Positions 29,956-40,413 of a DNA stretch of 64,000 nt are shown here, in pieces (within the stretch, counting starts at the first letter, position 1; every line of letters begins with the position of its first letter). The DNA comes from Chloroflexota bacterium. GTDB taxonomy: Bacteria; Chloroflexota; UBA11872; VXOZ01. The notes under the pieces are model-generated. The model saw only the letters and a list, made by a program, of their open reading frames with translations. It did not search any database and was not told the DNA's origin. The stretch spans positions 992,001 through 1,056,000 of the forward strand of contig OZ219802.1 of assembly GCA_964291655.2 (NCBI GenBank). The letters run 5' to 3'. A program made the position numbers and the translations under genes.

Positions 29956-31155
29956 TCAGGATAGGGCGCGCCGCTCGCGCTGGTTCCGGGTTTCCGGTAC
30001 AAACCACGCCAGGTTACTTGCCGCCAGTGCGCCAACGCCCGCCAGGACAATGGCGGCAAGGCCGAGACCGGTAAGGTCCGCCACGGCGCCCACAACGAGC
30101 GGTCCACCGGTATTCCCACCGTCGCCAATTAGCCGCCACATGCCGAGGAATTCACCCATGGCATCGCGCGGCGCAAGATCGCTCCCCAGGGTCATCATTG
30201 TGCCGGAGCCGAGGCCGTTGCCTAAGCCCATGATAGCAGCCGCCGCGAGCAATCCGCCGTACCCTCCGGCCAAGGGCACCATGGCCATGCCCACGCCCAG
30301 GATTATCATAGAAGGAACCGATGCCCACTTGCGCCCCATGCGGTCCTGCAAAAACCCGGCGATGCCAAAGAGGGACATGTCGATCGCAGCGGACACGGTG
30401 ATAATGACGCCGACCGCAGTTGGGTCCAGCCCCAGTACCGTGGCGCCGTAGAGAGGCACGATGATATCGCGTCCGGCGCGGATCATCTGTGCGAGGACTT
30501 GGGCGCTTCCCGCCGACAGCAAGTCACGGCGGTATGTCCCCACGATTTGCGCCATGGTGCGCCAGTGGGGGCGGCGGTGCGCAGCTTCGACCGGCTTACG
30601 CGACTCCGGCACGTACAGGAGCGTGATTACGAAGGCCACTCCGGTCAAAGCCGCCGCCAGCAAGAATGGCGTTTGCAATCCAAGATTCGCTCCCACGAAT
30701 CCGCCAATTGCCGGGCTCGCAAACACGCCGATACGGCTCACACCGCCAAACGCCGAAAGGGCCCGACCCCGCACTTCTACCGGGATGACTTCTGAGATGA
30801 AGGCCATGCGGGAGAGCATCCACATAGCCGCACCGCCCCCGGCGATTAACCGCAGTAGCACAAGCACTTGGAAGTTCTCGATGAGACCCATGAGCGCCAG
30901 GCAAATACATGCCACTCCCACACCCAGCAACATCACCTTGCGGCTCCCCAGGCGTTCCAGCATGACGCCCGACGGGAGATCCATGGCCAGCGTGCCTATG
31001 CCGCGGGCCGCTACCGCCAGGCTTACCAAGCTGAACGACACACCAAAGGTCGTGGCATACAAAGGCAAGGTTGGGATCAAGAGTCCCTGTGTAAATGCCA
31101 GCAGAAAGCTGGGCACGTACACCGGCAGCATGAGCGCAAGGACACGGCGACTCAT
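29956..31155 (-). CDS. MFS transporter
   Basis: ~12 TM segments; GVMLERLGSRK and LQDRMGRK loop motifs. Confidence 0.9.
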   Translation of the reverse strand: MSRRVLALMLPVYVPSFLLAFTQGLLIPTLPLYATTFGVSFSLVSLAVAARGIGTLAMDLPSGVMLERLGSRKVMLLGVGVACICLALMGLIENFQVLVLLRLIAGGGAAMWMLSRMAFISEVIPVEVRGRALSAFGGVSRIGVFASPAIGGFVGANLGLQTPFLLAAALTGVAFVITLLYVPESRKPVEAAHRRPHWRTMAQIVGTYRRDLLSAGSAQVLAQMIRAGRDIIVPLYGATVLGLDPTAVGVIITVSAAIDMSLFGIAGFLQDRMGRKWASVPSMIILGVGMAMVPLAGGYGGLLAAAAIMGLGNGLGSGTMMTLGSDLAPRDAMGEFLGMWRLIGDGGNTGGPLVVGAVADLTGLGLAAIVLAGVGALAASNLAWFVPETRNQRERRALS

Positions 31156-31480
31156 GAGTGGCAATAAGAAGGAATCGCCGCGACAAGGTGGCAGCAACTA
31201 CCTTTAACGAGTACAAGAGCAGGCAGAAGTCGGTCTATGCTACCGGCCCTGCCTGCCGCACTCAAGACGTGCGATGGGAGGGGGCCTACAGAAGAGTTCG
31301 TCAGCATCGCTCAGCAAGGGGCTCGTCGCTATCGCCACACAACGCACCGGCGCACTTACTATAGCACATGCCTCCCTGCCAGCAGCCTGCATTGCCTCGT
31401 TATGTCTTAGGTATCCGCACGTCATGGCAGCGAGGCAACTGCCCGGGTTAAGCACGCGCGCATCTATTGACTTAGCGAGC

Positions 31481-31509
31481 TTGCATAGATACGAGCAGTC
31501 TCGTATACT
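31481..31509 (+). promoter_or_regulatory. sigma70-type promoter of zinc-ribbon gene
   Basis: TTGCAT-17 bp-TATACT. Confidence 0.65.
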
Positions 31510-31655
31510 TGGGCAATCATTTCATGTCATGCGTATGGTGTGATTGCTTGAGAGATGAGCGAAAGTGGTGCTGCAAATGCAGTTGACCGTTACCACACGA
31601 TTTGGCCTGAAGCGAGACGAAGCGCGGTGAGACCCAACGCAAGGAGAAGATCACA

Positions 31656-31934
31656 GTGTCACCCGAGGATCGCACGATAGTTTGCGCGGAGTGCAGCCAG
31701 TCGTTCGTGTTTACTGCTGGCGAACAGGAATTCTATCAAGAAAAAGGCCTCATGCACGAACCGCGCCGCTGTCAGGATTGCCGCAACTCACGGCGTCGGG
31801 AACGCCAAGGTGAGCGTCAGATGCATGAAGGAGTGTGCGCAGAGTGCGGTACCGTCGCACGCGTGCCTTTTGTGCCGAGAGACGACCGACCCATCTACTG
31901 CAGCGACTGTTTCACAAACCGCCGCGACAATTAG
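31656..31934 (+). CDS. Zinc-ribbon protein (CxxC-x17-CxxC type)
   Basis: CAEC..FVFTAGEQEFY..PRRCQDCR; CAECG..VPF.P..RPIYCSDCF; SD AAGGAG. Confidence 0.9.
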   Translation: MSPEDRTIVCAECSQSFVFTAGEQEFYQEKGLMHEPRRCQDCRNSRRRERQGERQMHEGVCAECGTVARVPFVPRDDRPIYCSDCFTNRRDN

Positions 31935-32136
31935 CAGAACCTGGGGTTTCGTCGGCTGTATGCGAAGAGTTGGATCACTGACACTGTGATTCCTTAGCCA
32001 AGTCTATAGGCGACGCGTGCTTGGAATTCGCTCGTGGGACAGGGCCATAGTCGGCAGAGCAGGTCTCTACATATCCGCCGCTTTTCCTCACCCGCACCCG
32101 TGGGTCATTTTGTTGCAGATTCTTCCAGTTCGTCGG

Positions 32137-32193
32137 TTGACAGGGATTCCACCGTTTGGTAATCTTGACTGTGAAGCGTGAGCTCTATATAAT
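32137..32193 (+). promoter_or_regulatory. Tandem sigma70-type promoters for rho
   Basis: TTGACA-17-TAATCT (32137-32165) and TTGACT-17-TATAAT (32165-32193). Confidence 0.75.
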
Positions 32194-32523
32194 CCTCCGA
32201 AATACCCGCACCACAATCTGTTAGAATAGCTATAGAAGCACCTGCTTCGTCACTCTGTTCTTTCCACAAGCCCATCAGTTACCTATTACTGCTTATCGGC
32301 GCCTAGACATTTCGAGACTTTGTAGTCTCTTTATCTTCCACTTTTCGATACGGTTTACTTGGCGCATCGCACGTAAACAACTCGCGGCAGGGTAACTCAC
32401 CAAAGGCGAAGGTCGTATCTGTTTTAATGCACCACGCCTACTATGCTGGGTACAGCACTAGTTGAATTCAGCATTGCTCTATATGGGTCTGGTTCGTTGT
32501 ATTGCTCTTGAAGGAGGACACAT

Positions 32524-33906
32524 CTGTCAACGGTAATACCCTCTCGCAAACGTGGCAATCGTCGTCGCAAACGTTCTACCCGCCATTGGATGCAACGTAA
32601 TGGAACGAACCATACATCCAATCCAACCAACCAAAGGAGCGACCCCGGAGTGCAATACGCAGATTTAGACGCCAAACCATTGGCCGAACTGCGAGAGCGT
32701 GCGAGAGAACTGGGAATTAGCGGTTACTCAGTCCTCAAGAAGCACGAACTCGTCAACCGGCTGCTGCAGGCGCAATCCGAAGAACAAGGCAATCTCTACC
32801 GCACCGGGCTCCTCGAAACCATCGACGATGGGTATGGATTCCTGCGGCTTCATCGGTATTGGAATACCGGCTGGGCCGAGGATGTCTACGTAGCCCCCAC
32901 GCAAATTCGCCGCTTGAGTCTGCGTACCGGAGACATGATCGCAGGGCAAGTGCGTCCGCCGAAGGAAGGCGAGAAGTACTACGGCCTGCTGCGGGTCGAG
33001 ACCGTCAATAACCTCGATCCGGAAGAAGCCAAGCGCCGCCCGCATTTTGAGAACTTAACGGCGATTTTCCCCGATGAACACCTCAACCTCGAGACGGCTT
33101 CCCCCAGCATTACGGGCCGTCTCATCAATCTCGTCTCGCCGATTGGCCGCGGTCAGCGCGGATTGGTCGTTGCTCCGCCCAAGACCGGTAAGACAATGCT
33201 CCTGCAGAGCATTGCGAACGCCGTCATGGCAAATTACCCCGACGTGCACGTCATGGTGGTCCTCATCGGTGAACGACCTGAGGAAGTAACGGACTGGGAA
33301 CGCAGTGTGGGTGCTGAGGTCGTCGCTTCTACATTCGATGAGATTCCGGAGAATCAAACCCGTATCGCTGAACTGGCACTGGAGCGGGCAAAGCGGATGG
33401 TGGAAGGCGGGCAGGACGTGATGCTGCTGCTCGACTCTATCACGCGCCTCACGAGAGCCTATAATCAGGCCATTCCGCCCAGCGGCAGGACGCTCTCCGG
33501 CGGTATCGACCCCGCCGCGATCTACCCGCCGAAACGGTTCTACGGCGCGGCCCGGAATGTCGACAATGGTAGCAGCCTCACGATGATTGCAACGTGTCTG
33601 GTTGAGACGGAAAGCCGCATGGACGACGTCATCTACGAGGAATTTAAGGGCACCGGCAACATGGAACTGCGGCTCGACCGCAAATTCGCCGAGCGCCGCA
33701 TCTACCCGGCGATTGACGTTGCACGTTCCGGCACCAGACGCGAGGAATTGCTGTTTGAGTCTGAGATGCTCAGGAAAGTAGTCACGTTGCGCCGCATGCT
33801 CTCGGCCCTCGGCAATACCGAAGGGTATGAAGCCATGCTCAACCGTCTGGAGCGCACGAAATCAAATGCGGACTTCCTCGCACGCTTGAGCAAAGACGCG
33901 GTCTAG
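32524..33906 (+). CDS. rho: Transcription termination factor Rho (probable CTG start 32524; first ATG 32590)
   Basis: GYGFLR, PIGRGQRG, APPKTGKT, ERPEEVTD, LDSITRL, EEFKGTGNME, SGTRREE. Confidence 0.97.
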   Translation: MSTVIPSRKRGNRRRKRSTRHWMQRNGTNHTSNPTNQRSDPGVQYADLDAKPLAELRERARELGISGYSVLKKHELVNRLLQAQSEEQGNLYRTGLLETIDDGYGFLRLHRYWNTGWAEDVYVAPTQIRRLSLRTGDMIAGQVRPPKEGEKYYGLLRVETVNNLDPEEAKRRPHFENLTAIFPDEHLNLETASPSITGRLINLVSPIGRGQRGLVVAPPKTGKTMLLQSIANAVMANYPDVHVMVVLIGERPEEVTDWERSVGAEVVASTFDEIPENQTRIAELALERAKRMVEGGQDVMLLLDSITRLTRAYNQAIPPSGRTLSGGIDPAAIYPPKRFYGAARNVDNGSSLTMIATCLVETESRMDDVIYEEFKGTGNMELRLDRKFAERRIYPAIDVARSGTRREELLFESEMLRKVVTLRRMLSALGNTEGYEAMLNRLERTKSNADFLARLSKDAV

Positions 33907-33947
33907 GCGCGGCACTCGCTTCTCGCCGGGCACGTGCTCCTGCATCA

Positions 33948-35147
33948 ATGAGTCCCCCTGGACCGCAGGCTGCGCTGCTATCTCTCGCACGACTCTGGTT
34001 GCGGCATGTATTGTGCCTTCTCCTTGTCTTGCTCCTGGTCGCTTGCGCTTCGTCTGACTCTTCACGTCCGCTCCTCGAACTCCAGGTGAGTCCTGCTTTG
34101 CTGCAGGCCGACGGCTCGGGGTCTGTCACCATTCATTACCAAGTCGCGCGCGAGGCAGCCGTTTCGCTAGCGCTGCAGTCTGCCAATGGCACGGTGGCTG
34201 TCTTGCGGGACAGCGTTGCGCGCGGGCCGGGCGCGTTCTCCTTTGTCTTTCAGGGCGCCGTTGACGGTCGCGTGCTGCCCAACGGTGCATACACCGTTGT
34301 CGCCACAGCGGAGGACTCCCATTCAGGTGCGTCCATTGAACAGCGACAGCCGCTAGCGATCGCCAACGCCGATACGTCACCCCCAGTGATCGCAGACCTC
34401 CAGGTCTCACCGGCGGTGTTCTCACCAAACCAAGACGGTGTAAACGACCGCCAGACACTTAGCTTCGCCGTTGCCGAGCCCGTGATCGTGGAAGTACGCC
34501 TCTTAGCAGGCGACGATACGCGGTGGCTGCTGCGCAGTGTCGCTGCGCCCGCCGGCACGGTGCGCACGTCGTGGCCTCCATCGGTGCGGCACGCTCCCAG
34601 TCTCAATCAGGCGGTGGACCGTTTACCTGCCGGCCGGGCGGAGGTGGAAGTCGCGATTTGGGATCCCGCGGGCAACCGCACCGTGCAGCGCCACACCATT
34701 GAAATCGGCGAGACGGGCATTCCGCAGGCGCAAGTATCTGGACTTGAGATCACACCCGTAGCCGTACCGCCCGGCGGTTCGATTGCGGTCTCTGCAATTA
34801 TCACGAACGTCGGCGCGGTCACATTGCGTGCGGCGCCTCCGGGTCCAGCCACGTATGCCTGGGGTCAGGATGCCCCCTCGCTTGGGTACACGGCGGCCGC
34901 CGGAACCGTGCGCTGGGGCGTAGACTTTTCACTCAACCGCAGCGGGATCGGTTATCCGTTTCGCTGGAGCCTGGGTCGCGACCTCGCGCCAGGCGAGAGC
35001 GCCGCGGTAACTGGCACAATTACCGTGAATGAGAACTTTCCGCAAGATCCGGTACAGCTCTGGATCGGCGTTATTCATGAGAACAACCGGGTGCTTGCCG
35101 ACAAGCGCGGCAACACCCGCTTGCACCTCGTGGACGAGGACAACTAA
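33948..35147 (+). CDS. Lipoprotein with FlgD/Ig-like domains
   Basis: Lipobox LVAC; LPNGAYTV, FSPNQDGVND, DPAGN motifs. Confidence 0.7.
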   Translation: MSPPGPQAALLSLARLWLRHVLCLLLVLLLVACASSDSSRPLLELQVSPALLQADGSGSVTIHYQVAREAAVSLALQSANGTVAVLRDSVARGPGAFSFVFQGAVDGRVLPNGAYTVVATAEDSHSGASIEQRQPLAIANADTSPPVIADLQVSPAVFSPNQDGVNDRQTLSFAVAEPVIVEVRLLAGDDTRWLLRSVAAPAGTVRTSWPPSVRHAPSLNQAVDRLPAGRAEVEVAIWDPAGNRTVQRHTIEIGETGIPQAQVSGLEITPVAVPPGGSIAVSAIITNVGAVTLRAAPPGPATYAWGQDAPSLGYTAAAGTVRWGVDFSLNRSGIGYPFRWSLGRDLAPGESAAVTGTITVNENFPQDPVQLWIGVIHENNRVLADKRGNTRLHLVDEDN

Positions 35148-35162
35148 GACGAGAGCAAGAGT

Positions 35163-35675
35163 TTAGCGTGCTCCCTTCGCGGCGCTCGAAACGCAATACA
35201 TCGATGCGTTGATCCCTTCCATCTCGCCGGTGACGATTGAGTCCACACGCTCGCAGATGTTGGTCACCCGGTCGGCGGTGCGCTCCTCGTTGTGGATTAC
35301 GCAGGCTAGGTATAGCGCGCGTAGCATCGTGCACGGCTCCTCGATCATGAAGCTAATGAATTCGCGCGCCACCTGATCGCGCATGGCATCCACCGCATCA
35401 TCTTCATGCGAAACACGTTTGGCCTTCACTACGTCGCGCTCCACTGAGGCTTCACGCGAGCGGCTCAGCATACCGTTTGCTGTCGCCGCCATACGGGGAA
35501 TGTCGATCAGGGGCCTTACGAGCGGTTCATCACCCGGCATGACATTGATCTTGCAGATTCCCTCCGCCTGGTCGACTGCAACGCCCACCATGTGCCCGAA
35601 AGCAACCACTTCGTCTTGAAATTCGTGGAGTACTGCCATGAAGGGTGCTCGCAATTCGATGCCATCCTCACCCAT
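35163..35675 (-). pseudogene. phoU: Internally deleted PhoU
   Basis: PLIDIPRMA, DDAVD, ERTADRVTNICER present; the first-repeat QQP..DLR..ELER segment is missing. Confidence 0.75.
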
Positions 35676-35773
35676 AGCCGGTTAGCCGAAGTATTATACT
35701 TACTCTCAGCAGACACATGTCTGTAGTCACGGTGTAACAATCGTAGAGTCAACAGGTACACATTAACTCCACC

Positions 35774-36754
35774 ATGTCCGTAGACGAAACCTTCTACCGA
35801 CGTGTCATTGAAACGTGCTTCCCTAATCTTCGGGTTGCGCACATCCGATTCATAGGCGGCGGGACTTGCCGCGTGTTCGTCGTCAATCATTCGCTGATAT
35901 TTCGTTTTCCTCACGCAGGCGGCTCAGTAGATAACGGCGACGCACCTGAGGAAAACGGCGCATTCCTCTTCCACGAGAAACGCGTGTACGATTCCGTAGC
36001 GCCTTTACTCCGGCTCCCAGTCCCGCGCTACCGCTACTTTAGCGCGGGTTGCGAGCAGTTCCCGTACCCGGTGGCGGGCTACGCTAGGCTGTCCGGCCGG
36101 AGCCTGTCCGGCTGCTCCCTTTCGGAAGATGAGCTTCAGCGCGTGGCGGGCCAGATTGGCGCGTTCCTCTCAGAGCTTCATGCCATCCCGCTATCAACCT
36201 TACCGGTAGAGCTGCGCCCGCCTTCCCCATCGACAATTGGGCGTGACAACGCGCGCAGCCTGTTCCGCCAGGTGAAAGCGCAGGCGTTCCCGCTGCTTAG
36301 TCCGGAGGAGCAGACGTGGACGAGCAATCTGTTCCGGGAGATGTCCGGCGACAGTTCTCTGTGGGAACTCACGCCCGTGTTTACTCACGGCGACTTCGAT
36401 GGATCGAATATTCTCTACGATGAATCACGAGGAGAAGTCAGCGGCGTCATAGACTTCGAGGAAGCCGGGCAGAAGGGCGACCCGGCGGTAGACTTTTGCG
36501 CATTGCTCGCGGGCTTCGGTACCGCCTTCCTGGAGGCCGTACTCAACACCTACACGCTGGACGTGTCTCGTGCTATGCGCCGCCGCATCGAACTCATCGC
36601 AAAACGCATCCTCTTCATAGAGTTGCTCTACGGCATTCAGGTTAACGACCGGCGCTTTATTGACAATGGGCTCCAACGCCTCCACCGCGCACGACACGAT
36701 ATCGACCCCATCGGCGACTGGCTGGACGTCTCCACCAGCGCGACGAGAGAGTAG
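35774..36754 (+). CDS. Aminoglycoside phosphotransferase (APH/kinase-like) family protein
   Basis: IFRFP, FLSELH, HGDFDGSNIL, GVIDFE, GDPAVDF. Confidence 0.88.
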   Translation: MSVDETFYRRVIETCFPNLRVAHIRFIGGGTCRVFVVNHSLIFRFPHAGGSVDNGDAPEENGAFLFHEKRVYDSVAPLLRLPVPRYRYFSAGCEQFPYPVAGYARLSGRSLSGCSLSEDELQRVAGQIGAFLSELHAIPLSTLPVELRPPSPSTIGRDNARSLFRQVKAQAFPLLSPEEQTWTSNLFREMSGDSSLWELTPVFTHGDFDGSNILYDESRGEVSGVIDFEEAGQKGDPAVDFCALLAGFGTAFLEAVLNTYTLDVSRAMRRRIELIAKRILFIELLYGIQVNDRRFIDNGLQRLHRARHDIDPIGDWLDVSTSATRE

Positions 36755-36899
36755 GCGGTGACTATCGGCGTACACAGGCAACGCGGTCGCTGATTCACAA
36801 ACCCGTCTCGTCTGCGGTATGGTTGATTCAGGAGAGTTTGACGTACCGCCGTCCGGCGCTCAGACGCCGCGACGCCTGCAAAGGAGCATCCTGATCATC

Positions 36900-37982
36900 A
36901 TGACTAGAAGAAAACTGCTCGGTCAGGGATTGGCTCTGGCCACCGTGTGCTTGGCAGCGGCGTGCGGCGGCACTTCGGATGAAACGGCGGAGGAGCCCAC
37001 TGCCTCCCCCATGCCAACTCCCATGCCAGCCGCGACTCCGCTGACAAAAACTGAATCCATGCCGAAGCCCACGGCGGAGAGTGTCTCCCTGCAGGAATTT
37101 CCCGTTCCAAGCGGTGCGCACCCCCACGACGTGGCACCGGCGCTGGAGACCAACGGCATCATATGGTATACGGCCCAGCACCAAGAAGCCCTGGGCATTC
37201 TCGATCCCACCACCGGTGAAACGCGCCACATTCACCTTGGCAGCGGCGCGCGGCCTCACGGCGTGATCGTGGGTCCGGACAGCGCGCCCTGGATCACCGA
37301 CGGCGGCCTCAACGCCATGGTGCGCGTCGATCCAGCCACAGAGGACGTAGCCGTCTTCCCGCTGCCGGCAAGCACGGGCTATGCCAATCTCAACACGGCA
37401 ACGTTCGACTCCAATGGCATCTGTTGGTTCACCGGACAGAGCGGCATCTACGGTCGCGTTGATCCGCAGAGTGGGGAATTGCAGGTCTTTAATGCTCCAC
37501 GCGGTCGCGGCCCGTATGGCATCTGCACCACACCCGACGGCAACGTCTATTACGCCTCACTCGCGGGGAGCTACGTGGGGCACGTAGACACGACTACCGG
37601 CGCCGTCACGGAACTGGAGCCGCCCACGGCGGGCCAGGGCGCCCGGCGCGTGTGGTCGGATTCGCAAAGCCGCATCTGGGTGGCGGAGTGGAATGCCGGA
37701 CAGGTCAGTCTCTACGACCCGACAGATCAGAGCTGGCGGGAGTGGCGGCTCCCTGGCGATTCACCCCGCGCCTACGCCGTTTATGTTGACGACCACGATT
37801 TGGTCTGGCTTACGGACTTTGGCGCCAACGCCCTTGTGCGCTTCGACCCAACTGACGAATCATTCGCCGCCTATCCCTGGCCCAGCAGCGGTGCCGCGGT
37901 GCGACAACTCCTCGGTAGGCCTGGCGAAGTTTGGGGCGCAGAATCCGGCGTCGATGCACTTGTCGTGGCCCGCACAGGGTAG
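36900..37982 (+). CDS. Vgb (virginiamycin B lyase)-like beta-propeller lipoprotein
   Basis: HPHDVAP, PHGVIVGPD, GPYGI repeats; N-terminal RR and LAAAC signal. Confidence 0.85.
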   Translation: MTRRKLLGQGLALATVCLAAACGGTSDETAEEPTASPMPTPMPAATPLTKTESMPKPTAESVSLQEFPVPSGAHPHDVAPALETNGIIWYTAQHQEALGILDPTTGETRHIHLGSGARPHGVIVGPDSAPWITDGGLNAMVRVDPATEDVAVFPLPASTGYANLNTATFDSNGICWFTGQSGIYGRVDPQSGELQVFNAPRGRGPYGICTTPDGNVYYASLAGSYVGHVDTTTGAVTELEPPTAGQGARRVWSDSQSRIWVAEWNAGQVSLYDPTDQSWREWRLPGDSPRAYAVYVDDHDLVWLTDFGANALVRFDPTDESFAAYPWPSSGAAVRQLLGRPGEVWGAESGVDALVVARTG

Positions 37983-38046
37983 CCTTGTGCACCGTAATCC
38001 GCGCAGTTTGACCGCTTAGGTCGCTGTACGTGAAGGGATATCCGCC

Positions 38047-39254
38047 ATAGCCAGCGCACGAGAGCCTCAGGCGCGCCCCGCTGAGCGTGCCGTCCTCATC
38101 ATCGGCGGCGGCATAGGCGGTCTGGCAGCCGCCCTTTCCTTGCAACAGGCCGGCATTCCCGCCGCTGTTTACGAACGCGCGCCGCTGTTGCAGGAAGTTG
38201 GGGCGGGTATCGGCATCGGCGCGAATGGTATGTACGCGCTGGAAAAACTCGGCGCAGCCCATGCGGTGAGAGCTGCGGGATCGCCAGTAGAGGCGTCGAG
38301 CTATGCGCGCAAGACGGCGCGGTCTTGAGCGCATTGTCCACGGGGCCAACCGAAAGAAAACTCGGCGTTGCGACCACGCTGGTGCACCGTGCGGACCTGC
38401 ATGCGGCATTGGCAGCGAGGCTGGATTCAGACTTCGTGCGGCTGGGCAGTGAATGCGTTGGGTTTTCCCAGGACGACACCCGTGTAACGGCGAGATTCGC
38501 CAATGGCGAAGAAGCGCGAGGCGATCTGCTGATTGGCGCTGACGGACTATACAGCACCGTTCGCAGGCAACTGTGGGGTGATGTGCCGCCACGGTACGCA
38601 GGCTACACGTCATGCCGTGGAATTGTCGACTCCGACACGATAGCTCTGCAGGTGGGCACAGGGTTCGAAGCCTGGGGGCGCGGTCTCCGGTTTGGGCTCT
38701 TCCACATCGGCAAAGGACGTGCCTACTGGTACGCCACCTGGAACGCGCCCGCAGGGGAATCGCAGTCCGGGCAGCCGCTCAAGCGCCGATTGCAGGAATT
38801 CTTCGCAGACTGGGACGCGCCGGTGCCGCAAGCACTTGACGCCACCCCAGCGGAAACTCTGGTCCGCACCGACATCTGCGATCGCCCTCAGCTCTCCAGG
38901 TGGGGACTAGATCGCGTGTCTCTGCTCGGTGACGCGGCGCATCCCACCACCCCGAATCTCGGGCAAGGCGCGTGCATGGCAATCGAAGATGCGGTGGTCC
39001 TTGCCCAGTGCCTTAGCCACCAGAGCGACCCCGTTGCGGCATTGCGCACGTATGAGGGTCGCCGCCGCGCGCGTACGGCCAACATCGTGAGCGCCTCCAG
39101 GCGCATGGGATGGATCGGTCAATGGCAGAATCCCCTCGCCTGCGCCCTGCGTAATACCGCCCTGAGACTCACCCCGCAGCGGCTTGCCCAAAGTCGCGGT
39201 GATGGGGGACTCCGAGCAGCCGTTAGAAATCTGGACCCACAGGGCTTGCCCTAA
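38047..39254 (+). pseudogene. FAD-dependent monooxygenase, frameshifted
   Basis: IIGGGIGGL in one frame (ATA at expected start), frameshift near 38310-38325, then GADGLYS and LLGDAAHPTTPNLGQG. Confidence 0.8.
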
Positions 39255-39361
39255 ACAACGGCTTGCACCGGTCTTGGCGACTTCACCCGACCTCTGAGCG
39301 AGTTCCCATGGTATGGCATCTGCAAGTGAAGTTCACTCAAGCGGACTGCTTCTGCTTCCGT

Positions 39362-39841
39362 CTATGTCTGCGTCGTAGACTTTTCGTACGCCTCGTCAAC
39401 CGGCAAATCCTTGCCCCGCGCCGCCGCGTTCGCGAGCGCATCGCAGCGCTCGTTTTCCGGTATTCCCTTGTGACCGGGTACCCACTTGAAAGTAACGCGG
39501 TGCGTGGCAGCTAGGTTGAGCAAGATCTCCCAGAGATCGGGATTGGCGGCCTTGCCCTGCTTTCCACGTTTCCACCCCTGCGCTTTCCACCTCTCTGCCC
39601 AACCTTGCATCATTGCATTCACAAGATATGCGGAATCACTATGCAAGGTCACCTCGCAGGGCTCGGTGAGCGTTTCCAATGCCCGGATGGCCGCAAGAAT
39701 CTCCATGCGGTTGTTCGTCGTCATGCGAAATCCGCCGGCAATTTCCTTGCGGTGTTGATTGAACATGATTACCGCGCCGTAGCCGCCCGGCCCGGGGTTA
39801 CCGATGCAAGCACCGTCCGTGTAGATAGTGACACGTTTCAT
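39362..39841 (-). CDS. rnhA: Ribonuclease HI
   Basis: YTDGACIGNPGPGG, TTNNRME, DSAY, WVPGH, NERCD. Confidence 0.97.
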   Translation of the reverse strand: MKRVTIYTDGACIGNPGPGGYGAVIMFNQHRKEIAGGFRMTTNNRMEILAAIRALETLTEPCEVTLHSDSAYLVNAMMQGWAERWKAQGWKRGKQGKAANPDLWEILLNLAATHRVTFKWVPGHKGIPENERCDALANAAARGKDLPVDEAYEKSTTQT

Positions 39842-40084
39842 ATGGACATATTGGGTCGTCCCATGCTGCAATTAGACCACGCTCAGCCATGCAGTCAGCT
39901 TGCGCTAGGCCACGCCAAGGCCCGTGCTGCATAGTCGCCGCTCCTCTCCCCAATCGGCGCAATCTTCTTCAGCGAACCCCTAGCGCGCGCTGCCTTGCCC
40001 CAATTCCCTCCATAGCAGACTCTTGCACAACATGAAGGCTCTTGCACCCTCTAGGCTGGCAGCAGCGGAAACCCCCGCTCCTTG

Positions 40085-40224
40085 GGAGACCTTTGCGTAA
40101 CTCCGTCATTCCGGCGAAAGCCGGAATCCAGAGCGCTTTTACAACTAAAGACAGCATGATGTCAAGTCATTTCACCCCCATCCCAACCTTCCCCTCAAAG
40201 GTGAAGGGTTATGCAAAGGTCTCT
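40085..40224. mobile_element. 140-bp MITE
   Basis: GGAGACCTTTGCGTAAC...GTTATGCAAAGGTCTCT, flanked by TTG/TTG; interior homologous to 23648-23740. Confidence 0.8.
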
Positions 40225-40413
40225 TTGGGAAGAGGACCGGGCTGAGGAGAAAACTTCGTCGCTTCAGTCTAGATTCTTGCTATTTGTCAGAGCTACACGA
40301 TGGTCTCTTTCACATACACAATCACGGGGCAATATCTGTAGACTGAGTTAGCCCTCTAGAATCGAACATTGGAGGATCTTTCCACGGATGTGGAACCTTA
40401 AACTTGCCTCGAC

